A stretch of 64,000 bases of DNA from NCBI RefSeq assembly GCF_000006765.1, contig NC_002516.2. One strand, 5' to 3'. Source of the DNA: Pseudomonas aeruginosa PAO1 (GTDB lineage Bacteria; Pseudomonadota; Gammaproteobacteria; Pseudomonadales; Pseudomonadaceae). Shown here piece after piece: positions 11,647 to 23,445 of the stretch (positions within the stretch are counted from its first letter, which is position 1; each line of letters begins with the position of its first letter). A program made the position numbers and the translations under genes. The notes beneath the pieces are model-generated. The model did no database searches. It saw only the letters and a list, made by a program, of their open reading frames with translations, and was not told the origin of the DNA.

Positions 11647-12349
11647 CCCTCGGCGATCTTCAGACATAACGATAAAGACCAGGAGTGATGTATTGCCTTT
11701 CTCCGGCGCCTCTTCCCGCTGGCTGCAGCGGTACGCCCCGGCCCTTCTGGCTGTTGCCCTGATCATCGCCATGAGCATCAGCCTCGCCTGGCAGGCGGCC
11801 GGCTGGTTGCGCCTGCAACGCAGCCCGGTAGCCGTCGCCGCCTCGCCGGTCAGCCACGAGTCGATCCGCAGCGATCCGACCCGCCTGGCGCGCCTCTTCG
11901 GCACCAGCGCCCAGGACCCCAACGCCCCGCCACCGGCCACCAACCTCGACCTGGTGCTCAAGGGCAGCTTCGTCCAGAGCGATCCCAAGCTGTCCAGCGC
12001 GATCATCCAGCGCCAGGGCGACAAGCCGCACCGCTACGCGGTCGGCGGCGAGATCAGCGACGGCGTGAAGCTGCACGCGGTCTACCGCGACCGCGTCGAA
12101 CTGCAGCGCGGCGGGCGCCTGGAAAGCCTGCCCTTCCCGCACCGTTCCGGGGGACTGCTGGCCAGCGCGGACGACATTACAAGCGAGAACGACTCGATCG
12201 AACAACTGCAAAGCCTGCAGGATGAGAACGCTGCAGCATTGCGCGAGCGCCTGGACGCCTTGCGCCAGCAGATGGAAGCCACGCCCATCGCAGAACCCGC
12301 CGAAGAAGACTCGAGCGAGCCCACGACCACGCCTACGGAAAGCGACTGA
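11642..12349 (+). CDS. xcpP: T2SS protein GspC (start possibly TTG 11693)
   Basis: One TM helix, HR domain (SAIIQRQG...YAVGGEI..GVKLHAVYRDRVEL), acidic coiled-coil tail. AGGAG at 11681-11685 lies 7 nt before an in-frame TTG. Confidence 0.92.
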   Translation: MIPRRSSDITIKTRSDVLPFSGASSRWLQRYAPALLAVALIIAMSISLAWQAAGWLRLQRSPVAVAASPVSHESIRSDPTRLARLFGTSAQDPNAPPPATNLDLVLKGSFVQSDPKLSSAIIQRQGDKPHRYAVGGEISDGVKLHAVYRDRVELQRGGRLESLPFPHRSGGLLASADDITSENDSIEQLQSLQDENAAALRERLDALRQQMEATPIAEPAEEDSSEPTTTPTESD

Positions 12350-12353
12350 CCCG

Positions 12354-14330
12354 ATGTCCCAGCCTTTGCTCCGCGCCCTGTTTGCCCCTTCCAGTCGTTC
12401 GTACGTTCCCGCCGTCCTTCTCAGCCTGGCCCTCGGCATCCAGGCGGCGCACGCCGAAAACAGCGGCGGGAACGCCTTCGTCCCGGCCGGCAACCAGCAG
12501 GAGGCGCACTGGACGATCAACCTCAAGGATGCCGACATCCGCGAATTCATCGACCAGATTTCCGAAATCACCGGCGAGACCTTCGTCGTCGACCCGCGGG
12601 TCAAGGGCCAGGTCAGCGTGGTCTCCAAGGCCCAGCTCTCGTTGAGCGAGGTCTACCAGTTGTTCCTCTCGGTGATGAGCACCCACGGCTTCACCGTGGT
12701 TGCCCAGGGCGACCAGGCGCGCATCGTGCCCAACGCCGAGGCCAAGACCGAGGCCGGCGGCGGCCAGAGCGCGCCGGATCGCCTGGAGACGCGGGTGATC
12801 CAGGTGCAGCAGAGCCCGGTATCGGAACTCATCCCGCTGATCCGTCCGCTGGTCCCACAATATGGCCACCTCGCCGCGGTGCCCTCGGCCAACGCGCTGA
12901 TCATCAGCGACCGCAGCGCCAATATCGCGCGAATCGAAGACGTGATCCGCCAGCTCGACCAGAAGGGCAGCCACGACTACAGCGTGATCAACCTGCGCTA
13001 CGGCTGGGTGATGGACGCCGCCGAGGTGCTCAACAACGCCATGAGCCGCGGCCAGGCCAAGGGCGCGGCGGGCGCCCAGGTGATCGCCGACGCGCGCACC
13101 AACCGCCTGATCATCCTCGGCCCGCCGCAGGCGCGCGCCAAGCTGGTGCAACTGGCGCAATCGCTGGACACCCCGACCGCGCGCTCGGCCAACACCCGAG
13201 TGATCCGCCTGCGCCACAACGACGCCAAGACCCTCGCGGAAACCCTCGGCCAGATTTCCGAAGGCATGAAGAACAATGGCGGCCAGGGCGGCGAACAGAC
13301 CGGCGGCGGCCGACCGAGCAACATCCTCATCCGTGCCGACGAAAGCACCAACGCCCTGGTCCTGCTGGCCGACCCGGACACGGTCAACGCTCTCGAAGAC
13401 ATCGTTCGCCAGCTCGACGTGCCGCGTGCCCAGGTATTGGTGGAAGCGGCCATCGTCGAGATCTCCGGCGACATCCAGGATGCCGTCGGCGTGCAATGGG
13501 CGATCAACAAGGGCGGCATGGGCGGAACCAAGACCAACTTCGCCAATACCGGACTGTCCATCGGCACCCTGCTGCAATCGCTCGAGAGCAACAAGGCACC
13601 GGAATCCATCCCCGACGGCGCCATCGTCGGCATCGGCAGCAGCAGCTTCGGCGCGCTGGTCACCGCGCTCTCGGCCAACACCAAGAGCAACCTGCTGTCG
13701 ACCCCGAGCCTGTTGACCCTGGACAACCAGAAAGCGGAGATTCTGGTCGGCCAGAACGTACCGTTCCAGACCGGCTCCTACACCACCAACAGCGAAGGTT
13801 CGAGCAACCCGTTCACCACCGTGGAGCGCAAGGATATCGGCGTCAGCCTCAAGGTCACTCCGCACATCAACGACGGCGCGGCCCTGCGCCTGGAGATCGA
13901 GCAGGAGATCTCGGCCCTGCTGCCCAACGCCCAGCAGCGCAACAATACCGACCTGATCACCAGCAAGCGCTCGATCAAGAGCACCATCCTCGCCGAGAAC
14001 GGCCAGGTGATCGTGATCGGCGGCCTGATCCAGGACGACGTTTCCCAAGCCGAGTCGAAGGTTCCCCTGCTCGGGGACATCCCATTGCTCGGTCGCCTGT
14101 TCCGTTCCACCAAGGACACCCACACCAAGCGCAACCTGATGGTCTTCCTGCGTCCTACGGTGGTCCGCGACAGCGCCGGTCTCGCCGCGCTCTCGGGCAA
14201 GAAATACAGCGACATCCGGGTCATCGACGGCACTCGCGGCCCGGAGGGACGACCCAGCATCCTGCCGACCAACGCCAACCAGTTGTTCGATGGACAGGCC
14301 GTCGATCTGCGCGAACTGATGACGGAATAA
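12354..14330 (+). CDS. xcpQ: T2SS secretin GspD
   Basis: 658 aa from MSQPLLRAL; N0-N3 domains; secretin signature VPLLGDIPLLGRLF. Confidence 0.97.
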   Translation: MSQPLLRALFAPSSRSYVPAVLLSLALGIQAAHAENSGGNAFVPAGNQQEAHWTINLKDADIREFIDQISEITGETFVVDPRVKGQVSVVSKAQLSLSEVYQLFLSVMSTHGFTVVAQGDQARIVPNAEAKTEAGGGQSAPDRLETRVIQVQQSPVSELIPLIRPLVPQYGHLAAVPSANALIISDRSANIARIEDVIRQLDQKGSHDYSVINLRYGWVMDAAEVLNNAMSRGQAKGAAGAQVIADARTNRLIILGPPQARAKLVQLAQSLDTPTARSANTRVIRLRHNDAKTLAETLGQISEGMKNNGGQGGEQTGGGRPSNILIRADESTNALVLLADPDTVNALEDIVRQLDVPRAQVLVEAAIVEISGDIQDAVGVQWAINKGGMGGTKTNFANTGLSIGTLLQSLESNKAPESIPDGAIVGIGSSSFGALVTALSANTKSNLLSTPSLLTLDNQKAEILVGQNVPFQTGSYTTNSEGSSNPFTTVERKDIGVSLKVTPHINDGAALRLEIEQEISALLPNAQQRNNTDLITSKRSIKSTILAENGQVIVIGGLIQDDVSQAESKVPLLGDIPLLGRLFRSTKDTHTKRNLMVFLRPTVVRDSAGLAALSGKKYSDIRVIDGTRGPEGRPSILPTNANQLFDGQAVDLRELMTE

Positions 14331-14361
14331 CGGCGCCATACCGGCAAGGCGGCCTCATACG

Positions 14362-14398
14362 AAAAAAAGGCGCTGCTCCTTTCGGAACAGCGCCTTTT
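14362..14398. terminator. Bidirectional terminator between xcpQ and the SDR gene
   Basis: AAAAGGCGCTG...CAGCGCCTTTT hairpin flanked by A/T tracts. Confidence 0.85.
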
Positions 14399-14416
14399 CC
14401 GCATCTCCCCACCAAC

Positions 14417-15184
14417 TCAGTCGAGGTAGATCATTTTCCGGGTCATGCCGCCATCGACCAGGAATTCCTGGCCGGTGACGAAACCGGCGTCCTCGGAGAG
14501 CAGCCAAGCCACCAGCGACGCGACATCCTCCACCGTTCCGACCCGGCCGACCAGGTGCTGGTCGTGGTCCAGCTCGGTCAGCGGCGCAGCCTCGCGCTCG
14601 GCGGCCTCGCGGGTATCGATCCAGCCGGGGCTGAGCGCATTGACACGGATATCCGGGCCCAGGCTGGCGGCCAGGGCATGGGTCAGCGCCAGCAACCCGC
14701 CCTTGCTCGCGGCGTAGGCCTCGGAGTCAGGCTCCGACTGGTGGGCACGAGTCGAGGCGATGTTGACGATGGCGCCATTGTGCGCGCGCAGATAAGGCGT
14801 GCAGTACTTGGCCAGCAGCATCGGACCGGTCAGGTTGACCGCCAGGGTCCGGGTCCACTCGCCGAGACTCAGCGCCTCCAGCGGCGTATTGCGCGGATTG
14901 GCGATGGCGGCGTTGCAGACCAGGCCGTCGAGGCGGCCGAACTGACCGAGCACCTCGGCCACGCTCATCGCCACCTGGCCCTCCTGGGCCACGTCCATGG
15001 CCACGAACCAGGCGTGCTCGCCCAGCGCCTCGGCCACCCTGGCCCCGCGTTCACGGTCGTTGTCGGCAAGCACTACCTGCCAGCCCTCGGCGATCAGCCA
15101 GGCACTGATGCCCAGGCCAATGCCCCGGGCCGCCCCGGTGACCAGGGCGACCTTGCCGTTGCCTCGCAGGTTGGGTTCGATCAC
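14417..15184 (-). CDS. Short-chain dehydrogenase/reductase
   Basis: [16 protein letters not shown] motifs. Confidence 0.92.
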
Positions 15185-16392
15185 AGCGCGGCCAGCCCCC
15201 GAGCCATGTCGGCCTTGAGGTCGTCGAGGTCTTCCAGGCCGACCGCGACCCGGATCAGGCTGTCGCCGATCCCGGCGCGCGCGCGGTCCTCGGGGGACAG
15301 TCGACCGTGGGAGGTGGTCGCCGGGTGGGCGATGGTGGTCTTGGTGTCGCCCAGGTTGGTGGTGATCGAGACCATCCGGGTAGCGTCGATGAAGCGCCAG
15401 GCGGCATCGCGCCCGCCCTTCACGTCGAAGCTGACGACCGCGCCGAAGCCGCTCTGCTGGCGCCGGGCCAACTCATGCTGAGGATGGCTCGGCAGGCCCG
15501 CGTAGTAGACCCGCTCGATGCCCGGCTGGCGCTCCAGCCATTCGGCCAGGGCCAGGGCACTGGCGCTGTGCGCCTGCATGCGGATACGCAGGGTTTCCAG
15601 GCCCTTGAGGAACAGCCAGGCGTTGAACGGGCTGAGGGTCGGTCCGGCGGTGCGGAGGAAGCCGACCACTTCCTTCATCTGCTCGCCGCGACCGGCGACC
15701 ACCCCGCCCATGCCCCGGCCCTGGCCGTCGATGTACTTGGTCGCGGAGTGGATCACCACGTCCGCACCGAGCTTCAGCGGCTGTTGCAGGGCCGGCGTGC
15801 AGAAGCAGTTGTCCACCGCCAGCAGCGCACCCTTGGCGTGGGCGATCTCGGCCAGCGCGGCGATATCCACCAGCTCGGCCAGCGGGTTGGATGGCGACTC
15901 GACGAAGAACAGCTTGGTATTCGGCTTGCACGCCGCCTCCCAGGCCGCGAGATCGCTCAACGGCGGATAGTCGACCTGGATACCGAAGCGCTTGAAGTAC
16001 TTGTCGAACAGGCTGATGGTCGAGCCGAACACGCTGCGCGAGACCAGCACGTGGTCGCCGGAGCTGCACAGGCTCATCACCAGGGCGAGGATCGCCGACA
16101 TGCCCGACGCCGTGGCCACCGCCTGCTCGGCTCCTTCGAGGGCGGCGATGCGCTCCTCGAAGGTGCGTACCGTGGGGTTGGTGTAGCGCGAATAGACGTT
16201 GCCCGGCACTTCGCCGGCGAACCGCGCGGCCGCGTCGGCGGCGGTGCGGAAGACGTAGCTGGAAGTGGTGAACAGCGCCTCGCCGTGCTCGCCCTCCGGC
16301 GTCCGCCGTTGCCCGGCGCGAACCGCCAGGGTGTCGAAGGCCGCGCCTTCCAGGTCGCTGTCGAGACGCCCGGCATCCCAGTCCTGAGTCAT
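15181..16392 (-). CDS. metZ: O-succinylhomoserine sulfhydrylase
   Basis: 403 aa from MTQDW; [11 protein letters not shown] lysine HSATKY. Confidence 0.95.
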
Positions 16393-16408
16393 GCCGCTCT
16401 CCCCTTTG

Positions 16409-17914
16409 TCAGTCGTTGTACAGATCGATGATCGCGCTGACCGCCTGGCTCTTGGCCTTGGTCGCATCGTTGCGCGCCTGTTCGATCCGGTTCAGGTAGG
16501 CCTCGTTGACGTCGCCGGTCACGTACTCGCCGTCGAACACGGCGCAGTCGAAGTGATCGATCTTGATCTTGCCGCCGCCGACCGCGTCGATCAGGTCGGG
16601 CAGGTCCTGGTAGACCAGCCAGTCGGCGCCGATCAGCTTGCTGACGTCCTCGGTGCTGCGATTGTGCGCGATCAGCTCGTGCGCACTCGGCATGTCGATG
16701 CCGTAGACGTTGGGGTAGCGCACGGCCGGCGCGGCGGAGCAGAAGTAGACGTTCTTCGCCCCGGCCTCGCGGGCCATCTGGATGATCTGCTTGCAGGTGG
16801 TGCCGCGGACGATGGAGTCATCCACCAGCATCACGTTCTTGCCGCGGAACTCCAGCTCGATGGCGTTGAGCTTCTGCCGCACGGATTTCTTCCGCGCCGC
16901 CTGGCCGGGCATGATGAAGGTGCGGCCGATGTAGCGGTTCTTGACGAAGCCCTCGCGGAACTTCACGCCGAGCCGGTTGGCCAGTTCCAGCGCCGCGGTG
17001 CGGCTGGTGTCCGGGATCGGGATGACCACGTCGATGTCGTGGTCGGGACGCTCGCGGAGGATCTTGTCGGCAAGCTTCTCGCCCATGCGCAGGCGCGCCT
17101 TGTACACCGAGATGCCGTCCATGATCGAATCCGGACGCGCCAGGTAGACGTGCTCGAAGATGCACGGCGCGTACTTCGGTGCCTTGGCGCACTGGCGGGT
17201 ATAGAGCTTGCCTTCCTCGGTGATGTACACCGCCTCGCCCGGCGCCAGGTCGCGGATCAGGGTGAAGCCGAGTACGTCCAGGGCCACGCTCTCGGAGGCG
17301 ATCATGTATTCGACGCCGTTCTCGGTATGCCGCTGGCCGAAGACGATCGGACGGATCGCATTGGGGTCGCGGAAACCGACGATGCCATGGCCGGTGATCA
17401 TCGCCACCACCGCGTAGCCGCCGACGCAACGGTCGTGCACGCAGGAAACCGCGGCGAAGATGTCCTCCTCGGTGGGCTGCAGCTTGTTGCGCACCGCCAG
17501 CTCGTGGGCGAACACGTTGAGCAGCACTTCCGAATCGGAGTTGGTGTTCACGTGGCGCAGGTCGGATTCGTAGATTTCCTTGGCCAACTGCTCGACATTG
17601 GTCAGGTTGCCGTTGTGCGCCAGGGTGATGCCGTAGGGCGAGTTGACGTAGAACGGCTGCGCTTCCGCCGAGCTGGAGCTGCCGGCGGTCGGGTAACGCA
17701 CATGGCCGATGCCGACGCTGCCGATCAGGCGCTGCATGTGGCGCTGCTGGAAGACGTCGCGGACCAGGCCGTTGTCCTTGCGCAGGTACAGCTTATCGTC
17801 ATGGCAGGTGACGATACCGGCAGCGTCCTGGCCGCGATGTTGGAGGACGGTGAGCGCGTCATACAGCGCCTGATTGACGTTCGACTTGCCCACGATACCG
17901 ACGATGCCACACAT
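16409..17914 (-). CDS. purF: Amidophosphoribosyltransferase
   Basis: N-terminal MCGIVG (Ntn Cys), QHRGQD, PRPP loop [10 protein letters not shown]. Confidence 0.98.
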
Positions 17915-18135
17915 GTGACGCAACCCCTACTTGGCTCAAGCTGGAAAGATGGGAAGCGCGATCGGTCCGTCCCGGACCATCGAGCTGACCAGGGCCTGTG
18001 GGCCGCTGGCTCCCGCGAATCGGCGACCTTCGCCGCCGACTGGCTCGCGGCACGTCCTGTGCCGCCGGCGCCGCGCCATCGACGCGCCGCCCTGGAAAAC
18101 CGCGGGACCCGGCCTCGGCCAGTGTCCCGCCAAAA

Positions 18136-18678
18136 TCACTGGCTGGGAAGCAGCCCGCCGATGCCGCTCGGCGGCGTTATCGGCGCGGCCGGCAACCACT
18201 GGCCGGCGAAACCGAGAATGAAGTTCTTCGACCAGTCGGCAACCATCAGGAAATGCGGCATCAGCACCGACTGCTGCCACCAAGGGTCCTGCTGTACCGG
18301 GGCCAGGCTGAGCAGGCCGACCAGCAGCACGACCAGCAGTACGCCGCGCGCACCGCCGAAGACCATGCCGAGGAAGCGGTCGGTGCCGGAGAGGCCGGTG
18401 ACCCGGATCAGTTCGCCGATGAGGTAGTTGACCAGCGCCCCGAGCAGCAGGGTCGCGATGAACAGCAGCGCGCAGGCTGCGATGATGCGGGCCGAGGGGG
18501 TCTGGATGTATTCGCCCAGGTGCTGCGCCAGCGCCCCGCCGAACATCCAGGCCACCGCGCCGGCGACTATCCAGGTAAGCAGGGACAAGGCTTCCTTGAC
18601 GAAGCCGCGACTCAGACTGATCAGGCTGGAAACGACGATGATGGCGACCATCGTCCAATCGACCCAGGTAAATGCCAC
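18136..18678 (-). CDS. cvpA: CvpA family membrane protein (colicin V production)
   Basis: WVDW..RGFVKEALSL..DRFLGMVFG; GTG start inferred; directly upstream of purF. Confidence 0.9.
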   Translation of the reverse strand: MAFTWVDWTMVAIIVVSSLISLSRGFVKEALSLLTWIVAGAVAWMFGGALAQHLGEYIQTPSARIIAACALLFIATLLLGALVNYLIGELIRVTGLSGTDRFLGMVFGGARGVLLVVLLVGLLSLAPVQQDPWWQQSVLMPHFLMVADWSKNFILGFAGQWLPAAPITPPSGIGGLLPSQ

Positions 18679-18751
18679 TATGCAGCCCACAAGCAGAAAA
18701 GGCGCTGCATTTTAGCAGAGCGCGCCCGCGACGGTAAGCCGCGGGTCGCGG

Positions 18752-19411
18752 TCAACCGCGTTCCGGCTGGAAGCGCACGACGAAGCCGTTGAGCTTCTGC
18801 TGCTTGCTCAACTGGTCGCGCAGGCGATCCGCCTCGGCGCGCTGGATCACCGGCCCGACGAAGACCCGGTTCATCCCGTCGAAGCTGCGGATGTAGGCGT
18901 TGTAGCCCTGGGAGCGCAGGGTCTTCTGCAATTCCTCGGCGCGCGCCCGGTTGGACAGGCTGGCAAGCTGTACCGACCAGCTCTGCGGCAGGTTGTTGGC
19001 GTCCAGGCGCTTCTCCGCGGGCGGCGGGCTCGGCGGCGCAGCGGGCGGTTGCGGCTGGCTTGGCGGCAGGCTGGCGGCCGGCGCCTGGGCCTGGGCGGGC
19101 GGCTGGGTGGCCGGCGGGGTCGCCGGCAGGCCGCCGATCGGCTGGCTGGGCTGGCCGGCGGCGGCCGGGGAGCCTTCCTCGACGATCTCGGGAGCGATGC
19201 CTTCCTCGCCGGGCTGCAGTTCCGGCACCTCGGTCGGCTGCACCTCGACACTGGGCATGGCCGGCGATTGCGGGCGCGGCGGCGCTTCCACCACGACCTG
19301 GCGCGACTCGTCTTCGCGGGTGAACAGCATCGGCAGGAAGATCACCGCCAGGGCGATCAGCACCAACGCCCCGACGATGCGCTGCTTCAGCCCTCTTTCC
19401 AGCAAGGCCAT
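18752..19411 (-). CDS. dedD: DedD-like SPOR-domain cell division protein
   Basis: KQRIVGALVL TM, Pro-rich linker, SPOR domain WSVQLASLS...RVFVGP. Confidence 0.88.
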   Translation of the reverse strand: MALLERGLKQRIVGALVLIALAVIFLPMLFTREDESRQVVVEAPPRPQSPAMPSVEVQPTEVPELQPGEEGIAPEIVEEGSPAAAGQPSQPIGGLPATPPATQPPAQAQAPAASLPPSQPQPPAAPPSPPPAEKRLDANNLPQSWSVQLASLSNRARAEELQKTLRSQGYNAYIRSFDGMNRVFVGPVIQRAEADRLRDQLSKQQKLNGFVVRFQPERG

Positions 19412-19414
19412 GAT

Positions 19415-20704
19415 TTACTCCCCCTTATCCGTTCTACGGGCCAGCCATTCCAGGCCTTCGGCCACGCTATAGAACGATCCGAACAGCAGAATGACATCAT
19501 CCGCGGTAGCCTTGGCGCACTGCGCGTCCAGGGCGGCGGCGATATCCGCATGACTGCTCGCCGGAACCTGGCGCAGGATCAGCGCCGCCTCCAGCTCCGC
19601 GGCCGGCCGCGAACGCGGGGTCGGCAACGGTGCAACGGCCCAATCCTGCACCAAGCCGGTCAAGGGTTCCAGTACGCCATCCAGGTCTTTGTCCGCCAGC
19701 AGGCCGAAGACCGCCAGGTAGCGTCCTCGTGGCGCTGCGGCACGCAGGCGTTGCGCCAGGTACTGGGCGGCCTGGGGATTGTGCCCGACGTCCAGCAGGA
19801 GCTGGCGTGGCTGGCCGTTCCAGGACAGGTCGCGGCGATCGAGGCGACCGGTCACCCGGGTCCGCCGCAGCGCCTCGGCCAGGCGCTCCGCCTGCCAGGG
19901 CAACTCGAGCAACGCGTAGGCCTGCAGGGCCAGCGCGGCGTTTTCCATGGGCAACCCGAGCAACGGCAGATCGTGCAGCGCCAGCGCCTGGCCGTCCGCG
20001 GCCAGCCCGCGCCAGTGCCAGCCATGATCGGCGAGCGCCAGGTCGTAGTCGCGACCGCGCAGGTAAAGCGGTGCCCCCAGCGCAGCCACCTGCTCCAGCA
20101 ATGGCTGCGGGGGATCGAGATCGCCGCACAGGGCCGGTTTGCCGGCGCGCAGGATACCGGCTTTCTCGAAAGCCACGCTTTCGCGGGTATCGCCCAGCCA
20201 GTCCGCATGGTCCAGGCCGATGCTGGTGATCAGCGCCAGGTCGGCGTCGATCAGGTTGACCGCATCCAGGCGCCCGCCAAGGCCGACTTCCAGCACCGCG
20301 AAGTCCAGCCCGGCGCGCTCGAACAGCCAGAAGGCGGCCAGCGTGCCCATTTCGAAATAGGTCAGGGAAATCTCGCCACGTGCGGCCTCCACCGCGGAGA
20401 AGGCGTCGCACAGTTGCGCATCGCCGGCCTCGATGCCGTCGATCCGCACCCGCTCGTTGTAGCGCAGCAGGTGCGGCGAGCTGTAGACCCCGACCGACAA
20501 CCCCTGCTCACGCAGCAGTTCGGCGAGCAGGGCGCAGGTGGAGCCCTTGCCGTTGGTCCCGGTAACGGTGACCACGCGTTTCGCCGGCCTTCCCAGGCCG
20601 AGCCGGCGCGCTACCTCGCGGGAACGCTCCAGGCCCATGTCGATGGCCGTCGGATGGAGTTGTTCGAGATAGCTCAGCCAATCGGCCAGGGAACGCTGGG
20701 TCAT
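19415..20704 (-). CDS. folC: Folylpolyglutamate/dihydrofolate synthase
   Basis: [26 protein letters not shown]. Confidence 0.97.
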   Translation of the reverse strand: MTQRSLADWLSYLEQLHPTAIDMGLERSREVARRLGLGRPAKRVVTVTGTNGKGSTCALLAELLREQGLSVGVYSSPHLLRYNERVRIDGIEAGDAQLCDAFSAVEAARGEISLTYFEMGTLAAFWLFERAGLDFAVLEVGLGGRLDAVNLIDADLALITSIGLDHADWLGDTRESVAFEKAGILRAGKPALCGDLDPPQPLLEQVAALGAPLYLRGRDYDLALADHGWHWRGLAADGQALALHDLPLLGLPMENAALALQAYALLELPWQAERLAEALRRTRVTGRLDRRDLSWNGQPRQLLLDVGHNPQAAQYLAQRLRAAAPRGRYLAVFGLLADKDLDGVLEPLTGLVQDWAVAPLPTPRSRPAAELEAALILRQVPASSHADIAAALDAQCAKATADDVILLFGSFYSVAEGLEWLARRTDKGE

Positions 20705-21573
20705 GCGGATACGGGGCTCGGCGAATGAGTGAAGGCCGACAGCAGATTGGCCAGGCGCGGCCGCAACTCGGCACGATGCACGATCATGTCGATGGCGCCA
20801 TGCTCAAGGAGGAACTCGCTACGCTGGAAGCCTTCCGGAAGCTTCTCGCGGACGGTCTGCTCGATCACGCGAGGACCGGCGAAGCCGATCAGCGCCTTGG
20901 GTTCGCCGACGATCACGTCGCCGAGCATCGCCAGGCTGGCGGAAACGCCGCCGTAGACCGGGTCGGTCAATACCGAGACGAACGGGATGCCTTCTTCGCG
21001 CAGGCGCGCCAGAACCGCCGAGGTCTTGGCCATCTGCATCAGCGAGATCAGCGCTTCCTGCATGCGCGCGCCGCCGGAGGCGGAGAAGCAGATCAGCGGG
21101 CAGCGCTTCTCAAGGGCGACGTTGGCTGCGCGAACGAAGCGCTCGCCGACGATGGCGCCCATCGAACCGCCCATGAAGGAGAACTCGAAGGCGCAGGCGA
21201 CCACCGGCATGCCCTGCAGCTTGCCGCTCATGGCGATCAGCGCGTCCTTCTCGCCGGTGTCCTTCTGTGCCGCGGCGAGGCGATCCTTGTACTTCTTGCT
21301 GTCGCGGAATTTCAGGCGGTCCACCGGCTCGAGGTCGGCGCCCAGCTCCTCGCGACCGTCCTCATCGAGGAAGATATCCAGGCGGGTACGCGCGTTGATG
21401 CGCATGTGGTGATCGCACTTCGGGCAGACATCCAGGGTCTTTTCCAGCTCCGGACGGTACAGCACGGCTTCGCAGGACGGGCATTTGTGCCACAGGCCTT
21501 CCGGTACCGAACTCTTCTGGGACTCGGAACGCATGATGGAAGGGATCAGCTTGTCTACCAGCCAGTTGCTCAT
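20701..21573 (-). CDS. accD: Acetyl-CoA carboxylase carboxyltransferase beta subunit
   Basis: 290 aa from MSNWL; CPSC..CPKC zinc finger, [13 protein letters not shown]. Confidence 0.98.
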   Translation of the reverse strand: MSNWLVDKLIPSIMRSESQKSSVPEGLWHKCPSCEAVLYRPELEKTLDVCPKCDHHMRINARTRLDIFLDEDGREELGADLEPVDRLKFRDSKKYKDRLAAAQKDTGEKDALIAMSGKLQGMPVVACAFEFSFMGGSMGAIVGERFVRAANVALEKRCPLICFSASGGARMQEALISLMQMAKTSAVLARLREEGIPFVSVLTDPVYGGVSASLAMLGDVIVGEPKALIGFAGPRVIEQTVREKLPEGFQRSEFLLEHGAIDMIVHRAELRPRLANLLSAFTHSPSPVSA

Positions 21574-21841
21574 GCTCTTTGTTCTCCAGTGCAAGGTCGG
21601 GATGGCCGCACCGATCCGGTGACGGCGTCCCTGAGCAAATTCATCTTCGTGACCGCCGGCAGCGGTGGGCCCCACGGCTGCGAAGCGTTTCGCGGCCTGT
21701 CCCATCCCCCGCCTGCGCGGTCACCTGGGCGATACCCGGCGAGCGGCTATCGCGAAATATCTGGCCTCCCTATCGGCGGCCGGGCGTTGTCGCGGAAACG
21801 GCGACACGCTAGTGGACGGCGGCGGGCCGCCCGTCGTCACA

Positions 21842-22477
21842 TCATGTCTCGTCGCGGCGCCGCGAACGCACCGCGTCCACGAACGCACGGACCCTCGCCG
21901 CATCCTTGATTCCCTTGCTCGCCTCGACGCCACCGCTGACGTCCACCGCGTAGGGCTTGACCTGCTCGACTGCCCTGCCGACGTTATCCGGCGTCAGACC
22001 GCCGGCCAGCACCAGGGGTTTGCCCAGGTCGGTCGGCACCAGCGACCAGTCGAACGCCGCCCCCGTGCCGCCGGGCACGCCTTCCACATAGGTATCCAGG
22101 AGAATCCCGGCTGCTCCCGGATATGCCGCCGCGCGCCCGACGATGTCGTCGCCGGGCTTCATCCGCAGGGCCTTCAGGTAGGGTCGCCGATGTCCCTCGC
22201 AGTCCTCGGCGCGCTCGTCGCCATGGAATTGCAGCAGGTCCAGCGGCACCGCATCGAGAATCTCGCCCAGTTCGCAGCGGCTGGCGTTGACGAACAGGCC
22301 GACGCTGGTCACGAACGGCGGCAGGGCACGAACGATCTCCCGCGCCCGATGGATATCCACCGCCCGCGGGCTCTTCGCATAGAACACCAGGCCGATGGCA
22401 TCGGCGCCCGCCGCGGCAGCGGCCAGGGCGTCCTCGACTCGGGTGATACCGCAGATCTTGATGCGAACGGCTGGCAA
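21842..22477 (-). CDS. trpF: N-(5'-phosphoribosyl)anthranilate isomerase
   Basis: TTG start; [33 protein letters not shown]. Confidence 0.96.
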   Translation of the reverse strand: MPAVRIKICGITRVEDALAAAAAGADAIGLVFYAKSPRAVDIHRAREIVRALPPFVTSVGLFVNASRCELGEILDAVPLDLLQFHGDERAEDCEGHRRPYLKALRMKPGDDIVGRAAAYPGAAGILLDTYVEGVPGGTGAAFDWSLVPTDLGKPLVLAGGLTPDNVGRAVEQVKPYAVDVSGGVEASKGIKDAARVRAFVDAVRSRRRDET

Positions 22478-22566
22478 CGACGGAGAATCCTCGGCGAGTG
22501 AGCGACGAACCGCCGGACGGCCGGTCCGGCGGGAATTCTCGATGGTAGCAAAAGCCCGATTCGACG

Positions 22567-23424
22567 TCAGCCGACGATATCGGGCAATCCGGAAAGGAAA
22601 TGCGGCCCCAGGTAGCGCTCGGGCAACTCGAACTCCCCGGGGTACTCCACCCGCACCAGATAGAGTCCGTAGGGGTGAGCGGTGACCCCACCGGCGCGCC
22701 GGTCGCGCGCCTCGAGCACCTCCTTCGCCCATTCGATCGGCCGCTCGCCGGCACCGATGGTCATCAGGACGCCAGCGATGTTGCGCACCATATGGTGAAG
22801 GAAAGCGTTACCGCGGATGTCCAGCACGATCAACCGACCATGCTCCAGCAAGCGCACGTGATGCATGGTCTTGACCGGCGACTTGGCCTGGCACTGCACC
22901 GCCCGGAACGAGGTGAAGTCATGGGTGCCGACCAGTACCTGGGCCGCCTCGCGCATCCGCCCGATATCCAGCGGCCGATGGTTCCAGGTGACCTCCTCGG
23001 CCAGGTGCGCCGGGCGGATCGGATCGTTGTAGATGGCGTAGCGATAGCGCCGGGCCATGGCCGAGAAGCGCGCGTGGAAATGCGCCGGCATCACCCTCGC
23101 CCAGGTCACACTGATATCCGCGGGCAGGTTGGCGTTGGTGCCCATCACCCATGCTTTCAACGGGCGCTCCACCGCGGTGTCGAAATGCACCACCTGGCCG
23201 CTGGCATGAACGGCAGCGTCGGTACGGCCGGCGCAGATCACCCCGACCGGCTCGGCGGCAACCTTCGACAAGGCGCGCTCCAGCGCTTCCTGCACGGAAG
23301 GCACGCCGGCTTCCTGGCGCTGCCAGCCACGATAGCGGGAGCCCTTGTACTCGATGCCGAGGGCGATTCTGGAAACGCCAGCGGCAGCCGATTCGGCTGC
23401 CGCTGGCGGAACAACATCGTTCAT
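22567..23424 (-). CDS. truA: tRNA pseudouridine(38-40) synthase
   Basis: [23 protein letters not shown]. Confidence 0.97.
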   Translation of the reverse strand: MNDVVPPAAAESAAAGVSRIALGIEYKGSRYRGWQRQEAGVPSVQEALERALSKVAAEPVGVICAGRTDAAVHASGQVVHFDTAVERPLKAWVMGTNANLPADISVTWARVMPAHFHARFSAMARRYRYAIYNDPIRPAHLAEEVTWNHRPLDIGRMREAAQVLVGTHDFTSFRAVQCQAKSPVKTMHHVRLLEHGRLIVLDIRGNAFLHHMVRNIAGVLMTIGAGERPIEWAKEVLEARDRRAGGVTAHPYGLYLVRVEYPGEFELPERYLGPHFLSGLPDIVG

Positions 23425-23445
23425 GAGGGTCGCTTCATTTCCGGA

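Noticed and set aside
3956-14330. T2SS cluster lacking prepilin peptidase, GspN and pilotin genes
   Set aside because: Normal for the Xcp system; the peptidase (PilD/XcpA) is known to be encoded elsewhere.
21574-21841. Possible trpBA scar or sRNA in the trpF-accD gap
   Set aside because: No recognisable Trp synthase remnants in translation; only GC-rich hairpins expected by chance.
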